A stretch of 59,261 nucleotides of DNA, counting the filler, from Sphacelaria rigidula (taxonomy: Eukaryota), in assembly GCA_964200075.2 (NCBI GenBank). It is 10 parts of 10 records of this genome, joined end to end, with 100 filler letters (N's around TTAATTAATTAA, not from the genome) between each part and the next. Parts side by side here need not be neighbours in the genome. Positions count along the whole stretch, not along the records: positions 23,747 to 29,582 come from CAXNAA020024082.1; positions 29,683 to 35,518 come from CAXNAA020024083.1; positions 35,619 to 41,454 come from CAXNAA020024084.1; 7 more parts are not named here. One strand, given 5' to 3'. Made by a program: the position numbers and the translations under genes. Shown here in pieces: positions 23,750 through 35,869 of the stretch. The notes below the pieces were generated by a model. The model was given only the letters and a program-made list of their open reading frames with translations. It did no database searches and was not told the DNA's origin. Each line of letters begins with the position of its first letter. Position 1 is the first letter of the stretch.

Positions 23750-26180
23750 GCTCCCACTAAAACCCCCTATCAACTTGGCGCAGTACACGCGCCGCCCTGC
23801 TCCTGAGAGCTTCGGCCCTAGGATGAGCGACAGATGACCAGGCAGGTTTTCGACAGCCACGCAGGTCGCAGCTACAGTACTGACATGTGCGCCGACCCCA
23901 GTAACAGCCGTCGTGGGCCGAACATCGCAGTGTCCCAAGGAATCGCAGCAGCCGTCAGCGCAAGGGCCGTCACATGCTTGTCCAATATCCACTTCACAAA
24001 GTACTACTCACACCTGTATCGCATCGATTCTGCCATGCAGAACCCATGGGCGGTGACTAAATTGATGACAGCCACGGGCGTTCTGTGCGTTTTTGACACC
24101 TGCGACAAACCGAAGCCATGCATTGCTCTAAATCCCCGACCCGAAACGGTCTTCACGAGGTTTTGCGCCAGCATGTAAAGCCTCCCCAGTCGCTCATTTA
24201 TGCTCCTCATCTTCCGCAATGCCTTCTCCCGTCGCGTCGATCCATGCACTCTTGCGTTGGCGCGGGACACCGCCGACTCCTCTTCAGCTGCTCCCCCCTG
24301 TTCCAGTTGTGCCGCACCTCCATCAGAACCATTCGCGGTACCCACCAACCCCGCCCCCCACCCCGCGCCGTCGACATGGCAATGTGATCGGCCGCGGCGG
24401 TGCTAGGCACCTTCGAATGGCACAGACTGCTCAACAATACCAACAGCGCCGGCGGCGTATCATGGGTAAAAAAATGGTCCATGGGTCGAATATTTTCGAA
24501 ACGTTATATGTCGTCCCCATGCAGCGATACGTTCCGCAGCTCCTGCGCACGCTCGATGTCCATCTTGACGAAACACGCGGCTGCTCTGACCACAGCCCCT
24601 TTCTCTTCCGCCGTACCGGCAGCGTCACCCGCTTAAGCGCGGACTCAAGCGACGGACCACTCTCGAGCTGGGCGTTGAGACGAGAGACCAAACATTCCAG
24701 TTCTTATACTCTGGCACGCATGTCTCGAAGTTCAACGTCGGCCGCCACGGAAACCTCGGGGCCTAGCACGGAAGGAATAAGGTAGATGAACTTCCGCCAT
24801 CCATCGCCCGCAACCCCCTCGACCCCGCTCATCTTCTCAACCTTGGCGTGGACTGCGATCGGCTGCCACTGCATCGAAAAATTCACCGCTTGCTCCCTGG
24901 TGCGCTTGTCGTGAACAGCCCGGGTATTTCCTGCGGTTCTGTCTTCTGTCAGCCACGACCGAACATCCTCCAGCCTCACGATGCGCCCCGCCTCAAGGCC
25001 CGTAGTTACTTCACGGTGTACTTCTGCAATGAACTCCGGCTCGGCAAGGGTAGGGGGGGGGGGGGTTAAACCAACAGTCGGAGGTGTGGAGCAAGGCGGA
25101 TAGACGGACTTTGCCTTCCATCTATCACTCCTAACTCTGTGTAGCTCAAGGGAGCGCAGCAAACAATCAGGCTGATTGCATAAGCAATCTGAACTCGGCT
25201 GATAGTTCTGAAGAAGCACAGCCGGGCGCACATCATCACCATCCGCACATGACCCCAGAAATAGCTGAGCCTCTGGTAATCGTGCCGCGCCCAAATGACG
25301 CCAGATGCTGCCTTTGCCGGGACCTGGTCGATGGCACGCGAAGCACAGCCGCGATACCGGATCGTGTATCCGACAGCAAGGAGAACAATCCTTGCAGCGC
25401 CGTCGGCCAGGGGGACCTGCATGCCACACGCATCGCGACCGCGTCCTCGCTTAGGTCTTCCACGCCCCCTTTTACAAATAACTGGATTAGATGTAGCCGG
25501 CGCGGAAATATCCCTCCTGCAACTATCACGATTCCTGGGCGAACCTTGAGAGCTACGGCGACGCCTTGGCATCCTCCCTCTTGCACCGCGCGCGCGATGT
25601 ACACCACGATCAGCATCGGATTGTGGTGACCGGCGCTCGGACTTTCTTACTACCTCTGTGACAGCCCCGTTCAATACCCCCAGCACTACTTCCTCTTGTC
25701 CAGAACCCGTGGGCAGATGAAGTGTTGACACCTTCAATCGTCCCTGGGTCGACCTCGGGAGTGGCAGCAACGGTAGCCTTCTTCTCCGCTTCGATTTTGA
25801 CGTCGACGCGTCCAAAGGTGGTGGTGTCGACGAGATCGGTGAGCCTGTGCAAAATAGGTATTTCAAAATTAAGCGTTCGGCGTTTTGCACCTCTTGGAAT
25901 AGTAGGAATTTGGATTTAAGCATTTCTGCTGGATTCGGAGAGAATATGAGACGCCGAGCCTCGCTCCAAATGAGAGTTTCGTAACATCCGTCGCGCTCTG
26001 TACTCTCCATTGATCTCGCTCAACGTTGGTGGTCGTTCGAACCTGGGTGCAGGCTCCCAACATGTGGTCGTTGCGCCTCAAAGGGTACCAGGTGCGTATG
26101 GTACCTTTCTCCATCGAGCACACAACCCCCCCGAATTACACATTACCCACGGCCGCATGTCGCACGCCGTGAATCATGAT
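23750..26180 (-). pseudogene. Long intronless frameshifted ORF relic with an AT-hook, probable DNA transposon
   Basis: Overlapping minus-strand ORFs 25066-26010, 24704-25429, 24431-24691, 24004-24348; KRGRGRPKRGRGR; Cys clusters; HGFGLSQV...VINLVTAHGFCM. Confidence 0.45.
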
Positions 26181-27440
26181 GGGTAGGTCACGACCGCCAT
26201 TTACGTACTACAGTAATACTGTACACAGTGTATCTTCTTGCAGCCGGCGCGGTTCATACACGAGCTAACACTACATAGACCGTACAGTACTCTGTACTGC
26301 ACTGCACTTCGCTGCATGGAGTTGCATTGTTCTGTGCTGTGCTGGAGTGCATGTTATGTACTGCGCGGGGTTGTACTGTACCGGGATGAACAGTTTGTAC
26401 AACGGAAAGGGGGCTCTCTGCAGCACCCACGTGCTGGTGCGGAGTAAAATTCAAACTTTTGAAGCTTAAAATTCAAACTTTTGAAGCTTTTAGTCAACTC
26501 GTTTCATCTGCGACATGAATGGATTTCAGTAAATCCTTTTGCAATGGAACTGCTGCTTTGTGCAGATCGTCAAACCGTTCTCTGTGTCTCTGCCGGCGGT
26601 GTTACGCGAGCGCAGTGCTCTCCCATAGCACCGAAGATCAGGTTCACAGGGAGGGGTGGTGTTCACCCTAGGCGGCACGGATTCTGCCATAAGTCCTTGC
26701 TTAGAGCAATGTTGTCATTGCAATCTGCGAGAGGAATTGCCTATTCATACATCAACATACCTTGATCCTCCACGCGCATGCTCCCTCCGCCTGGGCAATG
26801 GTGTCTGGACCGCTGGTGATGCACAGCATACGCAGACCGTCCTTGCGAAATCGGGACCCTTGCCATCATCCACAGTTTTTGGCGGAGGCGTTTTGAAGAC
26901 AAAAATCCAACAAAATCCCGGCGTCAACACTGAGTATATGTGAAGTGAGTACATTTGAAATGGATTCACCAGGCAGTTGTCAGTTCAATGTTAACGCCCA
27001 GGGGGTATCACTTTATTGATTGATTGATTCACTATTCTTCATATATTGTCACAGTGTGAGCTCGTACCTGTACCTAGCCCTTATCCTTGTCATGCACTCG
27101 GTGCGGTGAGGAGTTGCCCGCAGAAACTGTATGTACACAACAAGTAGCCTACCGCTGCATGGTTTTCATGCATGAAGTACCAAATATGAATGGCAACCAG
27201 GGAACTGGCAAGCACAGAGATTGATCGGGCCTCAATTCACCTAATTGTAATTAATATCAGTATTATAGCGGACGAAGCGGACGTCGATATTACATCCTAC
27301 TCATGCCTTTCAATCAAGCAGCGATACGAGTATAACCTCACACGTTGTTTCCAATGTTTGTCTATGTCACTTGTTAGGATATGTGATCAACTATCTTGAG
27401 TATATTAGTTTAAAAAATCGAATGTTCTCATCAAACACAT

Positions 27441-27513
27441 GGGGATGTAGCTCAAATGGTAGAGCGGTCGCTTAGCATGCGACAGGTAGTGGGATCAATG
27501 CCCACCATCTCCA
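27441..27513 (+). tRNA. tRNA-Ala (anticodon AGC)
   Basis: Full cloverleaf: GGGGATG/CATCTCC acceptor with G3:U70, D arm GCTC/GAGC, anticodon arm GTCGC-TTAGCAT-GCGAC, T arm GTGGG-ATCAATG-CCCAC, discriminator A. Confidence 0.96.
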
Positions 27514-27514
27514 C

Positions 27515-27519
27515 TTTTT
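27515..27519 (+). terminator. RNA polymerase III terminator of the tRNA gene
   Basis: TTTTT immediately after the tRNA. Confidence 0.8.
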
Positions 27520-27960
27520 ATTTGTTACGTTCCGCCGTCCACTGCTGCACGTCAACGTCGAAAGAGGGCAGACTACGCGATGCGACCGATAGTTGAAGCA
27601 TTTTGCATCACCTTCACTTTTTACAGGCCGCGCCCTGTATAATCGAAATGCTATAGAGCTCTATGGTATCAGCGGCGACTTCGGGTGGATTCCATCATCT
27701 CTGGACAAGGGAATTCAGCTCGAATCGCAGAGCACGGTCGCTCGGCATGCATCAGGTGATGGACTTATCTACTACGCCCATCCTCCCTCTTATCCACTAT
27801 GCCCCAACGACAAACTACTCGTACAACACCAACCTTTTGCTCAGTTGGGTGGACTTATGAGTTCGACTCCGACGGACAGCAGTCTGTTGTGTTGTTATAT
27901 TTCGGTCTGCATCTAGATTCTTCCATGGTTTTTCAGCCAAAAACAGCCGATCATCGAAAT

Positions 27961-28183
27961 TGAGGATGAAGCTTTTCATTGAGGATCGCCGAAATCCCCC
28001 GAAGTTGCTTTTTCGCCTAGGACCCCAAGATTTCGGTTATCGAAATCCAAACAAGTTTGACGCGCAGTAGTTGTCAACAACTACCAGTATGATTAAGAAT
28101 GGAACCATATCTCGAAGATTTGGTATGGATACGAAGATTTGAATCCTTCGGATTCTCATCCTCAATGAAAAGCTCCATCCTCA
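27961..28183. mobile_element. MITE-like element with 26-bp inverted repeats
   Basis: TGAGGATGAAGCTTTTCATTGAGGAT ... ATCCTCAATGAAAAGCTCCATCCTCA; true ends may lie further out. Confidence 0.75.
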
Positions 28184-29582
28184 TATTTGGTATTTCAAAC
28201 ACGAACACAAACAGTTTGAACTGCAAGTAGTGCAGTACTGCACCGCCAACACAGTATCAATACGAGTAGTATACGACCTCTTGTACTACTCGTACCTCAA
28301 GCAAAACGGTGTCAACATTTTGTCCGTTCCTTTAGAGGGTCTATTAAACAAATATTTCTGGACACGTAGTAGGCCTCAAGATCGAAAATTCGAGCTTTTG
28401 AGGGACGGGGGGACCGAGCCTGCTGTCCCCTAGTTTATTGCCGAGGCGTTGGTGGGTGCGGTCAGCTACCATCTACAGAGATCCTTGGCATGAAGATCGA
28501 TGAAATGGCGAACGCGTCGCCCCCTCAAGCTCATCACTTACCTTGATTGCGTTTATGGGATCACGTTCCGTGTCGTGGGCCTCGGGTTCCTACAAGTAGT
28601 CCAGGCAAGTTTGGCGAGGCGTTAGATGAAGTTATACTACTTTGGCTGCAGGCTGTCGCTACCTTGCGCTCGTGTGCATACCTGTGTGTGAGGGTGGCCG
28701 GCATTCGAGATCATCGGGACAGTAGAGCGGGCATCGAGCAGAAGCAATTATGCGAACCTCGCAAAGCCCATCAGACTTTTCGGTGTTTGTCAATATTTCT
28801 TGATGGCTTTCTCCAGAAATATTTACAGGAGAAAAAAATCATGTCAATTCTCGAAAAATTCCCTCCGGGAGGGGGGGGGAGGGGTCTCCGTGTCTTGAAC
28901 TCTTCTCCCTGCAGACTCTTGTTCCCTGCCACAAAAAAGGTTTTGTCGAGGACGTGCGTGAAACAGACGACAGGGGAATCGCAGCTATAACGTACGAACT
29001 GAGAAACAGATCTCAGGTGTGGGTGTTATGACTGCCGAGAGCGAGTTCGACTATTATTATACAGTACTTAATAATAGTAGTTCGTGGAAGCAATAATAGC
29101 GCTCCGGCTTCCTCGCTTTTTTTTTGCGGTTTTCACTATTTCTGCTCTTGGATTCGACCCACCACCCGGCAAGTGTAGTGCGCATCGTTAAGTCCATGCC
29201 TCAACATGAGGGTGCCACGGGACACACTGTACATAAAACAAGTTGATGAAAATATGGAACCCGAAGAAATTGAAAGCGAACTGTCACGTAGTAAAGGTTT
29301 ATCGGGAGTACGAAGGGGGGGGGGGTCTTACGGATGAGTTATACAGGTATTAAATTAGCCGTTGTCCGTGGCATCTTCCGATTGCTGACACGCGCGTAGG
29401 TTTTCAATCCTTGTGTCGCAGCAAATCCACGTCCACATCGTGCATGGTCAACATCATCTTCAGAGCGCATGTGCCATTGACTCGATTAATGCTACTATTT
29501 GCCGTGTGCAACAGTGTTTTCGTGAGATTGAGAGTAGATGATACGATTGAGAGTGGCTTTGATCATTCGCTTTTAGTGAGTC

Positions 29583-29682
29583 NNNNNNNNNNNNNNNNNN
29601 NNNNNNNNNNNNNNNNNNNNNNNNNNTTAATTAATTAANNNNNNNNNNNNNNNNNNNNNNNNNNNNNNNNNNNNNNNNNNNN
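29583..29682. other. Artificial contig linker
   Basis: Same 100-bp linker. Confidence 0.99.
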
Positions 29683-30106
29683 TGTTCGTCAGAGATACGG
29701 ACGTCGCGGCAACACGCCCATCTGCACGGTCTCCACTGCGGGCAATTCCCATCACAGGTTGCATGTCGCAGTCTAGAATTGCCGCAACGTCCACGCCGGG
29801 AGTGGTGGCTGCATACCAGCTATCTTGCGGGTGAGTGTTCAGTCATAGAGGTTTATCAGATACGCTACCGTTTGGTTTGGCCTCTGATGTCACGTGGATA
29901 TGAGAAGAACGTATACCGGGTAATGAATGGGGTTCGAGGAACAACAACCACAAGTCGGCGCCGCATACTGTCCCCACGGGCTCCTTCCCGTCATTTGTTA
30001 TCGTCTCTCGCCAAACTTCGTCAATAGACAGACGCCACGACTTGTGCAAATACTGAGGGCCCTTCGCCCATCGTGATCGCTTCCTTGTTCTCGGAGAAGA
30101 TGCTGC

Positions 30107-30991
30107 ATGTGCCGCACTGGCGAGGGGCATATATGTCCACTGATCCGACAAGGAGTGATTCCGGCACCAGTCGAGTGGGCGCGGTGCGCAGACCGAGATG
30201 AGCCAATCAGTACACGGGAGCTTGCACTAGAGAACGCCTTCCCGCGCATGCAGGATCGCCTGCAATATGGGTCAACGGCGCTCATGCGCGTCAGACCGAG
30301 TGAAACCAGGGGCCGGGACGTCGTACCTGTTGTGATCGCGCACCGATCACCACAACCGTGGGAGAGGGCCTTTTCGTCGGATGTTATGTTCAGTCCAGGG
30401 AACATCATGGTTTGGATTCACGACATATCGCCACAGGCGAGCGGCGGAGAAGATACACGGTTCCACGTTTCGACTCACACCGTGAGAAACGAGAACCAGC
30501 TTGCTATTCCTCTGGCGACCATTGCTGCCCTGGGGATGCCGATGTGTGCATACATGACGCAGAGCAGGAAAAATCCTTCGACATGGAGGTTGCAGACGTC
30601 AGCGATCAAAAATGCCCGCAGTAATGCCGTCTTGATGTCCTTGGACCCTTCAAAGGCCTTCGTCAACAGTCCCGAGGTCGCTCTCGAAGCATCGGACATT
30701 GACAGAGCCCCCATCCTCGCGTACGGCATGTATCCCGAGGGAACGTTACTCCAGAGAAGGGTTCGCGCGCCGACAGTGTACATGGAGGGCCGACGCCGTG
30801 CGATGCCCGCTTGGCGGGGGGGCAAGGTGTTCACGGGGGAGATAGTGGGACAGCGTTTCGATGCCACTTCTCGCCGGTACTCGTACAAGGTGGAATGGAG
30901 CGGGGGTACGCCAGGAGATATAGCCTTTGCAGGTCTTGAGGATGTCATCGACGAGGGCGCTGTTCAGCATGTGCTGTTGGACCGTCGGTGA
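30107..30991 (+). CDS. Intronless 294-aa ORF, unknown product, C-terminal Tudor/chromo-like segment; probably the 3' part of a longer disrupted ORF
   Basis: Long open frame with protein-like composition; GKVFTGEIVGQRFDATSRRYSYKVEWSGG; the same frame reads on upstream past a TGA at 30074. Confidence 0.55.
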   Translation: MCRTGEGHICPLIRQGVIPAPVEWARCADRDEPISTRELALENAFPRMQDRLQYGSTALMRVRPSETRGRDVVPVVIAHRSPQPWERAFSSDVMFSPGNIMVWIHDISPQASGGEDTRFHVSTHTVRNENQLAIPLATIAALGMPMCAYMTQSRKNPSTWRLQTSAIKNARSNAVLMSLDPSKAFVNSPEVALEASDIDRAPILAYGMYPEGTLLQRRVRAPTVYMEGRRRAMPAWRGGKVFTGEIVGQRFDATSRRYSYKVEWSGGTPGDIAFAGLEDVIDEGAVQHVLLDRR

Positions 30992-31095
30992 TGGGCTCCA
31001 AACGTCGAGCGCCACATCAGCCACCCGGAGACGTTAAACTGAAAGGATTACACCCGTGCGATATTGGGTGAGTGGCATGATGTAATCGATAGTAT

Positions 31096-32450
31096 GATTT
31101 CGACAATATGAGCACCCCACAGCGACTGAGCAGGGACGGCAGAAAGTACGTAGCTACCTCATCAGAGCAGCGTTTTCTACCTTCCGTGATGTATATACCC
31201 TCCTCTCGCCGCATTGATTGCTTCACCATGGGCTATGTATCGACAACTTGGTCTGCGCGAACAACGCCTAACGCGTGCGTGTTGTTGCAGGTGTTGAGAT
31301 AATATATCCCTCGTTCGACAATCAATGTGACCGAGCCGGTTTCGAAACCAGCCACGCACGGTTACTGGCGGGAGTTCTGTCCCTTAGCAAAAGCGATCGC
31401 AAGTCCAAAAAGGATCCTAAACCAACAGAGGGGTCCGAAAGGACCGTATCGACCTTTGGGGAAAACACGCTATGTCCCCCATTCATGGCCAGTCTTCGGT
31501 GCACTTGTTTGTGGATGGGGCTACCGCACAGCATCACCGTACGCTGTATCATCTGAGTTTCTGTCATAGTTCCTGGATACAGTTGGCTTCGTTGCCTGTG
31601 TGCTTGTTCATTTCTTCATAGGCTATGCACTGCTACTGCACGCGTGGTTCGAAGCCATCTAAATACGTAACCCCAACGTCGCTGATCCGATCTTGAATCC
31701 GGCCACAAAGAGTTCTCGGGATTTTCGGCCCCAAGCAATACTACTGAGCGAGCGGAATAACGTCCTCGGTAGTCTGATTTCGACAGCACGACTACTACCC
31801 GACAGCGACTGAGCAGGGATGGTAGATAGGTCGTTGTTACCTCATCAGATCAGCGTCTTCTACCTTTCGCGATTTAGTTTCTCTCCTCTCGCCGCATTGA
31901 TTGCGTCAAAATGGGCTATGTATCGACAGCTTCGTCTGCGCGAACAACGCCCGACGCGTGCGTGTTGTTGCAGGTGTTGAGAGAATGTATCCTACGTTCG
32001 ACCATCAGTATGACTGAGCCGGTTTCAAAACCAGCCACACACACGGTTACTGGCGTCAGTTCAGGCCCTTAGAAAAAGCATTTCCAACCTCAAAAAGGGT
32101 CCTAAACTAGTAAAGGGGCCAGAAAGGACCGTATCTACACACGGTGAAAACATGCCATATCTCCCATTCATGGCCCGTCTGCGGTGCACTTGTTTGTGGA
32201 TGGGGCTACCGCAGCATCATCGTCTGCGGTATAATCACAGTTTTTTCCATAGTTCTTCAATACAGGTGGCTTCCTTGCCTGTGCTTGTTCGTTTCGACTA
32301 CTGCCATGTGCTGCTGTATATGTTGTCCGAAAACATTTCCAGTACGTAACGCTTACGTGACTGATCCCAGTTCGAAAACAGCCCAAATTGATTCCTGTCG
32401 GCCAAGATGGTCCGGCGAGCGAGCAATACAGAGCACCGCAACATTTTATC
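31096..32450. repeat. About 680-bp diverged tandem duplication
   Basis: GATTTCGACA...ACAGCGACTGAGCAGGGA...GCGTGCGTGTTGTTGCAGGTGTTGAGA...GCACTTGTTTGTGGATGGGGCTACCGCA at 31096 and 31777. Confidence 0.92.
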
Positions 32451-33149
32451 ACACCGACGAAAGGGGCCCAAAGGACGAGGTCGACGTCGAATAAAAAACA
32501 CGGCATTCACCGGTTTGTCGGACAGTCGACGGTGCACTTCTTGAGGGGGGGCTATCTCGGCATTAGTCATCCAAAATTCAATTCGGGATGCGAAAATCAC
32601 AAAAAGGAGAAGATAATCTCGAATCGAAAATGCCTCATGTCACAATACCAGCAACATGATCTGCCCAGTGTTTTCGACCGCTTCCCCGGGCACTGCTTCT
32701 CCATCCAGTCGTATGCACTACAATAATTGCTTTGGCCCCCAATGCGGATTTTCGCTCGTCACTTCTTGCATCGTCGTGGGGTTTACCTTCATCATAATAT
32801 GTGCATCCGCCTGGGTGGAGAAGCAGTCACTTGTCTCTCCCGTGAGGGGTTGACTTGTCAGCAACGCAGGGCAGGTAGGGCGTTCGAGGGGAGATCGGCA
32901 AAAATGAGTAGTCACATCGATCTACGAACGTGCACACGATTCCGTACTACTGTACGGTGGTATCGCATACAACAACGCATTACAATGATGAAGCAATCCC
33001 TCCTTCATTCATTGTCGAAGTTACTTGCGAAGAAGCCCAATCCTGTGAAAAAAACTTCCTGTGTAGTATATGTACATGTATCATTTAACGTTTTTCACCA
33101 CTTTTGCCGAGTTTCCTCAGGCGGCAAGGCATCTCACCACGCGCTTTCT

Positions 33150-33625
33150 TTTGCAGTGCGCGAAGAAGGTGCAGTGGTACATTACCTTTCAGGTTTGGGT
33201 GTCATCTGATACCTGTGGCGCGTGTTCTGGCCATCGAAAGTCGCCCACACAAGCACGTTTTTGCGGGGTGTCGATCCCGACCCACAAAAGCGTCATCATA
33301 GAAAACTTTAAGCAGGTACCCGAACCACAAAAGCCTGTTCATGGCGGGGTATTTCTTTGCGTTCTCGTTGATTCGGGAGTACGAAGACAGCGGTTGTGTA
33401 GCGAATGTCACGAGAACATGAGAGCAAAGCAGTTGAAAACAATTGAACATTGCTTTCGCCTTGGTCAGCAGCAAAACCAAGACCGTGCAATGAGCCATTG
33501 GCGAGTTGAACAAGGCACACACGTGGGCAAACGTCCTCACTACAGGTCAGCTGTGCTCGACAAGCGCAGGGGGGTGACGAAATCCCTGCGGTCATGCAAC
33601 CCGTAACAGAGAGTTTCCTCAAAGG
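33150..33625 (+). pseudogene. Decayed Cys-pair ORF, possibly a Helitron-like Rep N-terminal region
   Basis: TCGAC-x~50-LCSEC followed, after a frameshift, by LNIAF...GELN...CGH. Confidence 0.25.
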
Positions 33626-34706
33626 ATGCACCTGTGTGAAGCACCGGCGCAGGAATGTCCTTGTGACAGGGATGACACAGATGTCCTTGTGACAAGGATG
33701 CATCCCTGCACAAGTACTTCACCGAGGGGGCTTGAAGAAATGTACGTAAACAATGGTTGGTGCTGTGGAGATGCCACCAACCTTAACGCTAACCCTGGCA
33801 CTAACATCGACCAAGGCAAACAGAGAACTCTCGGGCAAGGAGGGTGCAGTTTCGTAGGTGAAGCGTGCGCTGCGAAAACTCAAATCGACGCCTTTCGAGA
33901 GCTCAAATCGACGCCTTTGAGCCGATTTTGGATCAGAACACGTTCTGGACGACCTGGTTCTACTGCTTACTACTGCTCACCTGCCCCAAATCATGACTTT
34001 TCCCAGAATTTTCTTTAGTCTGAAACCAAGTCAAATCAAGTACCAACCGTTGCTTATGTACATTTCTTAGGTCTAACAGTGTCGCACTACAGGCGAATGC
34101 ATATATGCATGCGCACATCACGGGTGGCCACTGGGGTGTTAGCAACCTCAAATTTGGACGTTGCAGACGTTGCACAAGGTCTATAACGTCCGAATATGAG
34201 GTTACAAAAACCCCAGTGACCACCCGTGATGCATAAACTTGGACATGTTGAGCGGCTGGACGGCCGACACGGTAGCAAACTGGCACCGGTTTGGACTGCG
34301 GTCCTTCCTGGATCATGACCATCTGTAGTGCACCGATCGGCATGCAGTCTGTTGGGCTGCGCACTCCATGGCGCACGGCCCTACGCGCGCTGCAGCCGCT
34401 GCGAGGCGCTGAAACATCGCTCATAGGCTGTGCAAACCACAGTCAACAGTTCCAAGTTGCTATATCTGGTGCTGTGCGCTGCAGCAGTGCGCACTATAGA
34501 GGGAAGAACGGTCAGATTTTGTTCCGAAAAATCGTTTTTTTACTTTCGGCGCAACACTGACTCCACAGGATCATCTCTGTGCCGGTACTTCGCAGGTAAA
34601 TGACTGTGAGTTAGCCCGCTACTTCGGTAAGGGCCTCGCGGAGGGATATTTCGGAACTGAAACGATTAAATCATTAATTGACCGCTTTTTCTTCTTAACC
34701 GTATCC

Positions 34707-34942
34707 TCTACTCTCAATCTCCCGAAAGTATCGTTCTCTTTAATTGGAGGCTCCCTCATCAGTTGTGCTTGTGTATCCACGTCTGTTTAGTTTTCGCGGA
34801 GGGCAATATATAGCTTCTCCTTCTCAACCATTTTATCTACTCTCAATCTCACGAAAACATCGTTCTATGTAATTGGAGGCTCCCACATCAGTTGTGCTTG
34901 TTTGTCCACGTCTGTTTAGTTTTCGCAGAGGGCAATATATAC
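34707..34942. repeat. About 130-bp tandem duplication containing the family D motif
   Basis: TCTACTCTCAATCTC.CGAAA..ATCGTTCT...TAATTGGAGGCTCCC.CATCAGTTGTGCTTGT...GAGGGCAATATATA twice. Confidence 0.92.
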
Positions 34943-35144
34943 CTGCTCGATCGAAGCGGACAAAGCGATGACTCGCGCGCTTTTTCTCCCTTCATTCAAC
35001 CCATGTGTATTATGTACATGTATCACTTAACATTTTCACCACTTTTGCCGAGTTTTCTCTGCCAGCAAGGCATTTTCCTCCACACTTTTTTTTGCAGCGC
35101 ACTGGAAAGGTATACGAAGTATCTTGTATAGGGTCTTGATATTT

Positions 35145-35211
35145 ACGTCAACGTTGACGTAGTCTGTTACATCCGTCAACGTTGACGTGTTCTGTTACAT
35201 CCGTCAACGTT
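35145..35211. repeat. 28-bp tandem repeat with palindromic core CGTCAACGTTGACG
   Basis: About 2.4 copies. Confidence 0.85.
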
Positions 35212-35518
35212 CAGTATCCATCCCACAAGCCCCGCATGGACACAGCAACACATGAAAAACACACACACAGTTTCTAGCTTTCGTTTAAGCCATCCCACTG
35301 AGCAAACGGACCCGTAGCGGACGAGATATGTGCTTAGCTGTCACAACGCTGTGCTACACACGATGTGCTGATCACAGATAAGTGATCGAAAAGGCCGCAA
35401 GCTTCGAATAGGCAAGCCCGGACGCCGGTCGACACAATATCAAATTGTTACCGTGATAGCTGAGGCCATGGGCTGGGTATTGGCAGCGGGAAGACTTGAT
35501 TCGTATCCGTACTCTTCA

Positions 35519-35618
35519 NNNNNNNNNNNNNNNNNNNNNNNNNNNNNNNNNNNNNNNNNNNNTTAATTAATTAANNNNNNNNNNNNNNNNNNNNNNNNNN
35601 NNNNNNNNNNNNNNNNNN
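35519..35618. other. Artificial contig linker
   Basis: Same 100-bp linker. Confidence 0.99.
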
Positions 35619-35869
35619 AATCCAAGAAAACCGCCAACACACGTCTCCGACACGTTGCATCACCCCACAGAGAGGAGCCTAGTCTGCTTTTCAGATTCGC
35701 TTGGCTCTGAGGTGCGAAATTAGCCACGAAACAAAAAATCGTTCGCAAACTTCTGTGCTTGCCGACCCCCGCCAGATTAGGATGTGAAGATTACATATCC
35801 TCGTCACCTGACAAAAATCTATATGAAACCTACTATCGATACATCCAGCGGGTGACGATGATTTTTGGT

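Noticed and set aside
33195..33420. SSDTCGAC...RLCSEC as a Fanzor zinc finger
   Set aside because: No following DRD/NA motif and no upstream RuvC motifs.
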